This document shows positions 28,221-37,222 of a DNA stretch of 64,000 nucleotides, in pieces; the first letter of the stretch is position 1, and each line of letters opens with the position of its first letter. The notes beneath the pieces were generated by a model that saw only the letters and a program-made list of their open reading frames with translations, was not told where the DNA came from and ran no database searches. The DNA lies in assembly GCA_963701235.1 (NCBI GenBank), contig OY969577.1, positions 198,841 to 262,840 of the forward strand. Reading direction: 5' to 3'. This DNA is from Candidatus Dormiibacterota bacterium. GTDB lineage: Bacteria > Chloroflexota > Dormibacteria > Aeolococcales > Bog-877. A program made the translations under genes and the position numbers.

Positions 28221-29776
28221 GAGATGGTGCCCACCACCGACTCGGCCTGGCGCAGGATCTCACCGGATCTCACAGCTCGGGCAACCGCCTCCAGCTCGGG
28301 AGCGACGAATCGGTCAGGCCCCACTCCTCCGCCCCGTCCCAGCACCAGTTCGACAACTGCGGAGTCGGCTGCCGACGGCTGCAGCGGCCTGCGCAGCTCC
28401 AATGCTCGTGAGGCTGTCAGCAGCTCCACGGCGAGCACCCGTGACAAGTTGTCGAGCACCAGGCGCAGCTTGCGCGCCGCTCCCCAGCCCATCGAGACGT
28501 GATCCTCCTGCATGCCCGAGGTTGGCAGCGAGTCAACGCTGGCCGGATTGGCCAGTCGCCGGTTCTCCGCCACCATGGCAGCGGCCGTGTACTGGGCGAT
28601 CATCAGACCGGAATTGACCCCGGCATCGGGGGCCATGAAAGGCGGCAGCCCCTCCGAACGGGCTGGGTCGAGCATCCGGTCCACCCGGCGCTCGGCGATC
28701 GCGGCAACCTCAGCGGCGGCGATCGACAGGAAGTCGCAGGCGAACGCCAGCGGCTCACCGTGGAAGTTGCCGGTCGACTCCAACCGCCCGTCGGGCAGGA
28801 CCACGGGATTGTCCACAGCCGAGCGCAGCTCGCGCTCGGCGACTTGGCCCGCGAATGCAGCCGTGTCGCGGGCGGCGCCCACCACCTGGGGAGCACAGCG
28901 GATGGAATAGGCGTCCTGAACCAGGTGGGTGGAGGTCCGGTGCGAGGCCAAAACCTCGGATCCTCGCAGGAGCGCGGTCAGGTTGGCGGCGCTCTGGACC
29001 TGCCCCGGGTGGGGTCGGATCGCGTTCAGATCCGCGGCGAATGGGCGATCAGTTCCCCGCAATCCCTCAGTCGAGAGGGCGGCGGCGATGTCCGCGGTGG
29101 GCAGGAGCACGGCCAAGTCGGCCAATGCCAGCACCAGCATCCCCAGCATGCCGTCGGTGCCGTTTATGAGGCTGAGGCCATCCTTGACCTCGAGGCGGAG
29201 TGGTTCCAGGCCGCACTCCCTCAGGGCCTGGCCGCCGTCGAGCAGGCGGCCATCCGAGAGCCGGGCCTGGCCCTCTCCCACCAGCACCAGCGACATGTGG
29301 GCCAGGGGAGCCAGATCACCACTGGCGCCCAGCGAACCATGCTCGGGGACCACCGGCGTGATCCCGGCGTTTAGCAGCGCCACCAGTCCGGCAGCGATCT
29401 CAGGCCGGCTACCGGAAAAGCCCATGCAGAGTGACCGGGCCCGGAGCAGCATCATCGCCCTCACCACCTCCGCCTCGACCGGGGGACCCATGCCAGCGGC
29501 GTGCGAGCGGATCAGCGCGTGTTGGAGGTCGGAGCGTCGCTCGGGGTCGATCCTGGTCGTGGCGAGAAGACCGAAGCCCGTTGAGACTCCGTAGACCGCC
29601 TCAGGGCTGTCGCCCGCCTGCTCAACCAGGGCTCGGGCCCGGGTCATAGCTGCCAGCGCTGCCGGCGAGATTTGAGCCCTGGCCCCAGCTCGGGCCACCT
29701 GCACCACCTCGTCCGCTGTGACTCCATTTGTGCCGATGAGCACTGGAGCGCCGCTCGCTCCCTCGGTGCGGTTCAC
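28217..29776 (-). CDS. hutH: Histidine ammonia-lyase
   Basis: [15 protein letters not shown] with the Ala-Ser-Gly triad that forms the MIO cofactor. Confidence 0.9.
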   Translation of the reverse strand: MNRTEGASGAPVLIGTNGVTADEVVQVARAGARAQISPAALAAMTRARALVEQAGDSPEAVYGVSTGFGLLATTRIDPERRSDLQHALIRSHAAGMGPPVEAEVVRAMMLLRARSLCMGFSGSRPEIAAGLVALLNAGITPVVPEHGSLGASGDLAPLAHMSLVLVGEGQARLSDGRLLDGGQALRECGLEPLRLEVKDGLSLINGTDGMLGMLVLALADLAVLLPTADIAAALSTEGLRGTDRPFAADLNAIRPHPGQVQSAANLTALLRGSEVLASHRTSTHLVQDAYSIRCAPQVVGAARDTAAFAGQVAERELRSAVDNPVVLPDGRLESTGNFHGEPLAFACDFLSIAAAEVAAIAERRVDRMLDPARSEGLPPFMAPDAGVNSGLMIAQYTAAAMVAENRRLANPASVDSLPTSGMQEDHVSMGWGAARKLRLVLDNLSRVLAVELLTASRALELRRPLQPSAADSAVVELVLGRGGGVGPDRFVAPELEAVARAVRSGEILRQAESVVGTIS

Positions 29777-29807
29777 CTCCCGGCACTCGATGAGGGCATT
29801 GCCCGGA

Positions 29808-31208
29808 TCATATGGCGGCTGATGCTGCGGTCAGAGGCAGGACCTTGCCGGGGTTCAAGATGCCCTCGGGATCTAGGGCATTCTTGATTTGGCGCATGAG
29901 AGTGACCCCGGAGCCGTGCTCGGCCGCGAGAAACCCCAGCTTTCCCAGACCGACGCCATGCTCGCCGGTGCAGGTACCGTCCATCTTGAGGGCGCGTTCC
30001 ACCAGCCGGTCGTGCACCGCAGCGACGGCGGCCATTTCCGCGGCATCTTGGAGGGAGACGACAAATGTGAGGTGGAAGTTGCCATCGCCGACGTGACCCA
30101 CGATGGGCGCCAGAACTCCGCTTTTCTCCACGTCAGCCTTGGTTTCGCTGATGCATTTCGCGAGCGCTGAAATCGGTACGCAGACGTCGGTGGCCCAGGT
30201 ACCGGCCCCCGGCCGGAGCGCCTTGGCAGCGTAGAGCGCGTGATGCCGCGCGTCCCAGAGTTGTTTGCGCTGTGAGGGTGATGTGATCCAGTCGAGCCGG
30301 CCGCCGTGTGACTCGACTATCGCGCTGGCCTCGGTCACCTGCTCGGCGACGGCATGTTCAGCGCCGTGGAATTCCAGAAAAAGAGTGGGACCGACCGGGT
30401 AGGCGAGCTGGCTAAACCTGTTGATTGCATCAACCATCACGTCGTCCAGCAATTCGATCCGCGCTAAGGGAATGCCCCGCTGAATCATCTCGATGACGGC
30501 ATCCACAGTCCTGCCCAGGTCGGCCAGGCTGCAGACCGCCGCAGCAACCGTCTCCGGAAGTCCGTAGACCCGCAAGGTCGCGGTTGTAATAACTCCAAGC
30601 GTGCCCTCCGATCCGACAAAGAGTCGGGTGAGGTCGTAGCCCGCCGCGGACTTGCGTGCCCTGCCACCAGTCTTGACGACGTCGCCGTTGGCCAGCACCA
30701 CGGTGAGACCCAGAGTGTTTTCCTTCATGGTTCCGTAGCGCACGGCGTTGGTGCCGCTGGCTCGGGTGGCGACCATTCCCCCCAAGGTGGGGTCAGAGCC
30801 AGGGTCGACAGGGAAGAAAAGTCCCTCGCCCCCAAGGCGTTGATTGAGCTGGCTGAGGGTCACGCCCGCCTCCACGGTGACGTCCAGATCCTCAACGCCA
30901 ACGCGCAAAATCCGGTTCAACCCGGAGAGGTCCAGGGTGATCCCGCCGTTGATCGGAATCACTCCTCCCTCCAGTCCGGTGCCGGCGCCGAACGGTATCA
31001 CCGGGACGGTGTGAGCATGACAAGTTCGCAGCACGGTGACGACGTCTTCTAGGCTCGCGCAGGTCACAACCGCGTCGGGCAGTTGCGGGCGGTGGTGAGA
31101 CTCGTCGCGGCTGTGTTCTTCGAGCGCTGACCACTCGGTGCTGACCCTTGGTCCTAGGAGCGATTTCAGCTCGGCCACTGCGGCCTCGGTCGGGTATTTG
31201 AGATTCAC
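29808..31208 (-). CDS. FAD-linked oxidase (GlcD / D-lactate dehydrogenase family)
   Basis: FAD-binding PCMH domain (PFGAGTGLEGG) and a C-terminal oxidase domain. Confidence 0.8.
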   Translation of the reverse strand: MNLKYPTEAAVAELKSLLGPRVSTEWSALEEHSRDESHHRPQLPDAVVTCASLEDVVTVLRTCHAHTVPVIPFGAGTGLEGGVIPINGGITLDLSGLNRILRVGVEDLDVTVEAGVTLSQLNQRLGGEGLFFPVDPGSDPTLGGMVATRASGTNAVRYGTMKENTLGLTVVLANGDVVKTGGRARKSAAGYDLTRLFVGSEGTLGVITTATLRVYGLPETVAAAVCSLADLGRTVDAVIEMIQRGIPLARIELLDDVMVDAINRFSQLAYPVGPTLFLEFHGAEHAVAEQVTEASAIVESHGGRLDWITSPSQRKQLWDARHHALYAAKALRPGAGTWATDVCVPISALAKCISETKADVEKSGVLAPIVGHVGDGNFHLTFVVSLQDAAEMAAVAAVHDRLVERALKMDGTCTGEHGVGLGKLGFLAAEHGSGVTLMRQIKNALDPEGILNPGKVLPLTAASAAI

Positions 31209-31271
31209 CTTCAGTCGTTGTTCAGTCGCAGTGTGCGCAAGCGTTTGACATGCAGCTGAGTTCTCCCACTC

Positions 31272-32768
31272 CTAATAACCCTTGGTTTCCCGCACCGCCG
31301 CCTCGGCTGCTGCGCGCTCATCCCAGGGCACCGCTCCTGACGCCCCCAGGATGCTGTGCTCGTGGCCCTTTCCCGCTAAGAGCACGGTGTCGCCGGGAAG
31401 GGCCGCTGCGACGGCGATGCGAATGGCGCGGTCGCGCTCCGCGTCACGGTGCAGGTTGCCGGCTGGGTCGGCGCCGGCGGCCACCGCCCCGCGCCAGATC
31501 TCATCGATGATCGCCTCCGGATCCTCGCTGCGAGGGTCCTCCGAAGTGATCACTACCTGGTCCGCCAGCTGGGCCGCGATCCTGCCCATCTCTGCTCGCT
31601 TGGCCGTGTCCCGCTCCCCGGCGCTGCCGAACACCACCCAGAGCCGGCCGGCGGTGGCGGCTCGGAGCTCGTGCAAGGCGACCGTTAGCGCCGCCGGAGT
31701 GTGGGCATAGTCGACGAAGACGGCGAAGGGTTGTCCCAGATCGACCCGCTCCATGCGTCCGGGCACGGCCTTGAGTGCGGCCAGCCCGGCCACCAGTCCG
31801 GCAAGCGGCTGTTCGAGCAGGAGTCCGGCCCCGAGGGCGGCCAGGGCGTTGCCCACGTTCCAACGACCGGCGGTGGCCAGTCTGACCTCGGTCGCGCCGG
31901 CCGGGGTGACCGCCGTGAATGTGATCCCGGCGCTCTCCGGGTTGATGTTTTGGGCGCGAATCTCGGCCTCCGGGTCGCCCCTGGCGCTGTAGGTGAGAAG
32001 GTGCTTGGGGGCTCGCCGGCGGAGCAGCGGAAAGGCGCGACCGTCGTCGCGGTTGAGGACGGCGAAGCCGGCGGCCTGGGAGGCCCGGTCCAAGAGCGAA
32101 GCCTTGGCCTCGAAGTACGCCTCCCAGGTGCCGTGGAAATCCAGGTGCTCATGAGTGACGTTGGTGTAGACCGCGCCCGCAAAGCGGATCTGGTCGAGCC
32201 GCCCAAGCGCCAGGCCATGAGACGTCGACTCCAGGACGATCGCCCGACAGCTACCATCGACCATCCGCCGCATCCAAGACTGGACGTCGACAGACTCCAG
32301 GGTGGTCTGGCGGGTGAGGTTGGGCTCGATCTCCGAGCCCAGGCGAAAGTCGACGGTGCTGAGACTTCCGACTTTCCCCAGGGTGACGGAGAGGGCGGCC
32401 TGCAGCATGGTGGTGGTGGTGGTCTTTCCGTCGGTGCCGGTGATCCCCACCACCGGGACCGCATCTGAGGGGTGGCGGTAGAAGGTCGCCGCCAGGATTG
32501 CCAGCGCGCCCATCGGATCGTCGACCACCACCTGGCGCCCGGCTTCTCCTCCCGTCACCTCGTGGGCGACCACCGCAACCACCGCGCCTTGCTCGAGCGC
32601 CGATGCTACGAAGTCGTGGCCATCGAGGTGTTGGCCTGGGATGGCTACGAAGACGCTGCCTGGCTGCACCCGTCTTGAGTCGTTGGTGATAGCGGTCACC
32701 TCAGCCCCCTGGAGTTCCTCGGGGATCGAGGCCAGCCCGAGTGCGGCGGCGAGCGCTGGCCAGAGCAT
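31272..32768 (-). CDS. murE: UDP-N-acetylmuramoyl-L-alanyl-D-glutamate--diamino acid ligase MurE
   Basis: GITGTDGKTTTT P-loop and Mur ligase domains. The substrate-specificity motif reads EDPR where the meso-DAP-specific motif is DNPR. Confidence 0.85.
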   Translation of the reverse strand: MLWPALAAALGLASIPEELQGAEVTAITNDSRRVQPGSVFVAIPGQHLDGHDFVASALEQGAVVAVVAHEVTGGEAGRQVVVDDPMGALAILAATFYRHPSDAVPVVGITGTDGKTTTTTMLQAALSVTLGKVGSLSTVDFRLGSEIEPNLTRQTTLESVDVQSWMRRMVDGSCRAIVLESTSHGLALGRLDQIRFAGAVYTNVTHEHLDFHGTWEAYFEAKASLLDRASQAAGFAVLNRDDGRAFPLLRRRAPKHLLTYSARGDPEAEIRAQNINPESAGITFTAVTPAGATEVRLATAGRWNVGNALAALGAGLLLEQPLAGLVAGLAALKAVPGRMERVDLGQPFAVFVDYAHTPAALTVALHELRAATAGRLWVVFGSAGERDTAKRAEMGRIAAQLADQVVITSEDPRSEDPEAIIDEIWRGAVAAGADPAGNLHRDAERDRAIRIAVAAALPGDTVLLAGKGHEHSILGASGAVPWDERAAAEAAVRETKGY

Positions 32769-32823
32769 GGCCCAAGCCTAGTGGCCGCCCCGAGTCGACA
32801 GAGGCAGTTCACAATCAGGTCCT

Positions 32824-33773
32824 GTGGAGGTGATGGAGCTCCTAGCACCTGCTCCAGTTGCGAGTAGGCCCCTGCGCTCCGCGCAAAGGTCGGATCCGAA
32901 GCCGAGTCCCGGCGAGGTCAGGCTGAGGGTGGAAGCGTGCGCCGTCTGTCGGACTGACCTCCAGATCACCTCAGGCGATCTCCCCGCCAACCGGCTGCCG
33001 ATCGTTCCCGGCCATCAGATCGTGGGCAGAGTGGTGGAGCTCGGTGAGGGTGTCGCAGACGACCTCATGGGACAGCGACTGGGGGTCGGCTGGCTGGCCT
33101 CCGCCTGCGGCCGGTGCGAGTTCTGCCGGACCGGCCGGGAGAATCTCTGTCGGGACGCGACCTTCACCGGCTGGGACCGGGACGGGGGCTACGCCAGCCA
33201 GGTCACAGTCAGGGCTGACTTCGCCCAGCGGCTGGCCGATGACGGAGACCCGGTGCAGCTGGCGCCGCTCCTCTGTGGCGGAGTGATCGGCTACCGGGCC
33301 GTTCGCTGTGCCGACCTAATGCGGGGTCAGCGCTTGGGGCTGTTCGGATTCGGAGCTTCGGCGCTGCTGGTGGCGCAGCTGGCAGTAGCAGAGGGCTGTG
33401 AGGTATACGTCGTCACTCGGGACGAGTCGGCACGGCGACGGGCGACCGAGCATGGCGCCTCATGGGTTGGCGGTCCCGGTGACCGGCCTCCGGCGCCTCT
33501 CCATGGTGCGATCACGTTCGCCCCGGTGGGGGCGGTGGTGGTGGATGCATTGCGGGCCTTGGACCGGGGGGAACCTGTGTCGTCAATGCCATCCATCTGG
33601 ACCGCATTCCCGAGTTCCCCTACGACCTTCTCTATTGGGAGCGCCGACTCATGAGCGTGGCCAACTTCACCCGCCAGGACGCGTTCGAGTTCCTGGAGCT
33701 GGCCCAGCGAATCCCCATCCGCACCATGGTCGAGCAATTCCCCCTGAACCAGGCAAACGAGGCCCTCCGCCAA
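32824..33773 (+). pseudogene. Zinc-dependent alcohol dehydrogenase interrupted by a -1 frameshift in a G6 run
   Basis: Catalytic and structural zinc motifs (CAVCRTDL, C-x2-C-x2-C-x7-C). The reading frame is lost at the G-run 33566-33571. The canonical C-terminus (...RIPEFPYDLLYWER...GAAVLVP*) continues in the +1 frame to 33773. Confidence 0.7.
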
Positions 33774-33819
33774 CTTGAGGAAGACGGCATCCCCGGGGCG
33801 GCGGTCCTGGTTCCCTAGT

Positions 33820-35106
33820 TCAGGGAGACTGGGAAGAGAACTCCTCCCGGAGTTCCACGACCGCCTTCCTGGCGGCCGCCGTCAGCTCCAGGGCCAGCCT
33901 CCGGTCGAGGTCGAGCGAGGGGGTGGTATGCAACTTCCGAAGCCGCTCTTCGAGCCGGGCCAACTGCTCAGCGATCTCCGCGGGAGTTGCCAGCGCGGCC
34001 TCCCTGGCCGCGTCCACCGAGCTGGCGTCGCCCTGACGCTCGGCATGCTGGTAACGACCGAAGGCGATCCGATCCCGATCAGCCGCCAGCAAGAGTCGGA
34101 CCGCCGCCTGGCCGGACTCGGAGATCTCGTTGGCCGGAGCGTGAAGGCGGCAGAGGCCGTCCAGGGCGGCGGCCAGGGCCCCGGTGATGGCGGCGGCCGC
34201 GGCTCCCCCGGCCGCGTCTCGGGGCGAGAGCATGCGTGCGACCGTCTCGAGCAGCGACCAGGAGGCCACCGGGCCGGGCTGGAGATCACCCAGCTCGGTG
34301 AGTGATAGCAGGGCGCAGACGGCGGTGATCCGTCCGACCCCACCCGGCACCGGAGTCACCCTGGCCGCCGCCGCGCCAGCTTCCGGGGACAGGTCGCCGC
34401 GCAACTGCCCGTCGACCATGGACGTGCCCACGTCCAGCACAGTGGTGCCGGGCTGGATCGCGGCGCTGGGCATGACCCCGGCAATGCCAATGGCGGAAAT
34501 AAGCACGTCGTACGGTGGCAGCGGGTCGACCCCGGCGATCTCGCTTTGGATGACCGAGACTTGGGCGCCGGTCGCCAAGAGACGCTGGGTTATGGGTCGG
34601 CCGCCGGTTGGCCCATGGCCGACCACAAGGATCCTGGCGCGTGATGGGTCGACACCCAGATAGGCCAGGGTCGCCACGCAGGCCTCCGCCACCGGGGTCC
34701 CTCGGCGCCGGCCCTCAGCCGCCGCCGAGAGCGCCGCCGGAGTCACCGCCTCGACGTCCTTACTGGCGGGGAGGTGCGCCGCTACGACTCCGGCTGGAAG
34801 TGAAGCCACCGGCTGAACCACCACCACCCCATTGATCGTGGGGTCTACGACCAGGGCGTCGAGCTCGGTCAGGGTCGTCTCCGGGTTGTCGCGACGCACG
34901 GTCCGGTGGTTTACCTCCACCCCACCTGCGACCGCCTCGCGCTCTAGAGAGCGGGCGAAGGACCCGCCAGGGACGTTTCCCTCCTCGACCACCACTCCGA
35001 GCCGATAGGGGCGGCGCCGAGATTGAGAGCGTCGCCTGAGCTGGGCCCGTAGCTCGTCGAGCAAGGGACTCAAGTCGACCAGATTGGAGGCGCCCGAGGA
35101 GGCCAT
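33820..35106 (-). CDS. FolD-like (methylene-THF dehydrogenase/cyclohydrolase fold) domain fused to a formimino-THF cyclodeaminase-like C-terminal domain
   Basis: FolD-like blocks (LGVVVEEG, ILVVGHGPTGGRP, PVPGGVGRITAV) but YxxxK is replaced by FARSL. The C-terminal helical domain resembles the cyclodeaminase (FTCD_C). Start taken at the internal Met (MASSGASNL). Confidence 0.6.
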   Translation of the reverse strand: MASSGASNLVDLSPLLDELRAQLRRRSQSRRRPYRLGVVVEEGNVPGGSFARSLEREAVAGGVEVNHRTVRRDNPETTLTELDALVVDPTINGVVVVQPVASLPAGVVAAHLPASKDVEAVTPAALSAAAEGRRRGTPVAEACVATLAYLGVDPSRARILVVGHGPTGGRPITQRLLATGAQVSVIQSEIAGVDPLPPYDVLISAIGIAGVMPSAAIQPGTTVLDVGTSMVDGQLRGDLSPEAGAAAARVTPVPGGVGRITAVCALLSLTELGDLQPGPVASWSLLETVARMLSPRDAAGGAAAAAITGALAAALDGLCRLHAPANEISESGQAAVRLLLAADRDRIAFGRYQHAERQGDASSVDAAREAALATPAEIAEQLARLEERLRKLHTTPSLDLDRRLALELTAAARKAVVELREEFSSQSP

Positions 35107-35385
35107 CAGCGTCCCCTGGGAACGGCGGACAGGTTCACTCGATCCCTCCCGGACTCGCCCGACCTTTGACCTCCGTCGAACTCGCGATGGCGCGACCGTA
35201 TCAGGAGGCGTCAGCGCCCTGCTCGCCACCCACGACGATCCCAGGAATCTCTAAGTTGGCGCCCACCGTTTTCTCCGGAATCGTCTGTCACACTAGCCTC
35301 GTCGGCCGGCCCCAGAAAGAAGCCAGGACGCGGGCGTTGCCGGCGTCCAGCAGCCGGTTCAAGGTGGTGCCAGGAGGCTGAACGA

Positions 35386-36759
35386 GTGGTCGAGGTCGTC
35401 ACCCTGGATACCCCGGAGCTGGGGGACCGCACCTACCTGGTTCACGACGGTCAGCAGGGCGTCGTGGTGGATCCCCAGCGGGATGCCGATCGGGTCCTGG
35501 CAGTCGCCGACTCGGCTCGGGTCACCATCACCTGCATCGCCGAGACCCACATTCACAACGACTACGTCTCCGGCGGGCGCGCTCTGGCCGAGGAGCTGGG
35601 AGCGCGCTACCTGGTCGCGGCCCAGGATGAAGTCGGCTTCCAGCACCAGCCGGTCACTGAGGGAGACCGGATCGATGTCGGCTCGATGACCATGCAGGCG
35701 CTCTCCACCCCTGGGCACACGCCCAGCCATCTGTCATTCCTGGTGTGGTCCGAGAAGGCGCCTCGAGTCCTCTTCAGTGGGGGCTCTCTCCTCTATGGAG
35801 CGGTGGGTCGCACCGATCTCGTCTCACCCGACTTGACCGTGGTACTGGCCCATGCCCAGCACCAGTCGGCGCGAAGACTGGCGGCGCTGCCCGAGGAGGT
35901 GGAGCTCTATCCCACCCACGGCTTCGGCAGCTTCTGCGCCAGCGGTCTGATGCCCGACACCGAGCCGAACCACAGCATCCGCATCCAGCGCCTTAGCAAT
36001 CCCGCCATGACCGACGACGAGGAGGGATTCGTCACCAGCCTGCTGGCGGGATATTCGCTCTATCCCCGCTACTACGCGCACATGGGCGAACTCAATCGGG
36101 CGGGAGCCCAGGAGCCGGATCGGTCGCTGCCACCCGAGATCGAGATAGCTGAAGTCGGGCGCCGAATTCGAGGCCATGAATGGGTCATCGATGTGCGCAG
36201 TCGGGCCGAGTTCAGCGCTTGCCACGTCGCTGGCACCCTGAACTTTCCGAGCGGCCTGCTGCTGGCCACCTACGTGGGCTGGGTGGTTCCCTGGGGAGCG
36301 CCGATCACCATAGTCGGCAGTAGCCGCGAGGACGTGGTCCGGACTCAGCGTGACCTGGCGCGGATCGGGATCGACTGTTTGGCAGGCTGGTCCGGCGCTT
36401 CCTTGGATGAGCTCCGACACGAACTGGGCAGCTCCTGGTACCGGGTGACCGACTTCGCCGGTCTGGCCCGAGCCATGGGTTCCGAGCGACCGCTGGTACT
36501 GGACGCCCGCCGTCCCGACGAGTGGCGTGAGGGCCACATCAAGGGCGCCATCAACATCCATCTTCCCGATCTGCCCGAGCGGATCTCGGAGCTTCCCGAC
36601 AGGCCGACCTGGGTGCATTGCGCCTCCGGTTACCGGGCCAGCGTCGCCGCCAGTCTGCTCGACCGTGCCGGCCGCGAGGTGGTGCTGGTCGACGACGAGA
36701 TCGACCACTTGGCGCAAGCCGGTCTGGAACTGGAGACCGGGACCGGGGAGCCGATCTGA
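35386..36759 (+). CDS. MBL-fold persulfide dioxygenase-like domain fused to two rhodanese domains (CstB-like)
   Basis: N-terminal metallo-beta-lactamase motif (ETHIHNDYVSGG). Two rhodanese modules, the second with the active-site CASGYRAS. Confidence 0.8.
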   Translation: MVEVVTLDTPELGDRTYLVHDGQQGVVVDPQRDADRVLAVADSARVTITCIAETHIHNDYVSGGRALAEELGARYLVAAQDEVGFQHQPVTEGDRIDVGSMTMQALSTPGHTPSHLSFLVWSEKAPRVLFSGGSLLYGAVGRTDLVSPDLTVVLAHAQHQSARRLAALPEEVELYPTHGFGSFCASGLMPDTEPNHSIRIQRLSNPAMTDDEEGFVTSLLAGYSLYPRYYAHMGELNRAGAQEPDRSLPPEIEIAEVGRRIRGHEWVIDVRSRAEFSACHVAGTLNFPSGLLLATYVGWVVPWGAPITIVGSSREDVVRTQRDLARIGIDCLAGWSGASLDELRHELGSSWYRVTDFAGLARAMGSERPLVLDARRPDEWREGHIKGAINIHLPDLPERISELPDRPTWVHCASGYRASVAASLLDRAGREVVLVDDEIDHLAQAGLELETGTGEPI

Positions 36760-36801
36760 GCTGACCGAGATCGGATCAGGTCGCGACCATATGATGGCGT
36801 C

Positions 36802-37143
36802 ATGAATCCGGACTGTCTGTTCTGCCGGATCGTGGCTGGAGAGCTGCCCTCTGATGAGGTCCATCGTGAGGATGGAATCCTCGCCTTCAAGGACATCCAC
36901 CCGGTGGCGGACACCCACGTTCTGGTCATTCCGGAAAGGCATATCGAGGATCTCCGCCATCTTCGCCTCGAGGATGCAGGGCTCTGGCTCCGTCTGACCC
37001 AGGTGGCCAACGAGGTGGCAGCGGACCTGGGCCACGAAGACGGATACCGCTTCTACGTGAGCGTCGGCTCGGCAGGAGGTCAGACCGTGCCGCACCTCCA
37101 CATCCACGTCATGGCCGGGAGCATGCGCCGCCTGCCGGCCTGA
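36802..37143 (+). CDS. HIT-family (histidine triad) protein
   Basis: HLHIHVMAG histidine triad. Confidence 0.85.
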   Translation: MNPDCLFCRIVAGELPSDEVHREDGILAFKDIHPVADTHVLVIPERHIEDLRHLRLEDAGLWLRLTQVANEVAADLGHEDGYRFYVSVGSAGGQTVPHLHIHVMAGSMRRLPA

Positions 37144-37222
37144 ATAGACCCCGGTCGCCTCGGGTATTCTTATATGGCAGGTCGGATTTTGCCAAGGCTG
37201 GGAAGCGCGGGGTGCACATTTC

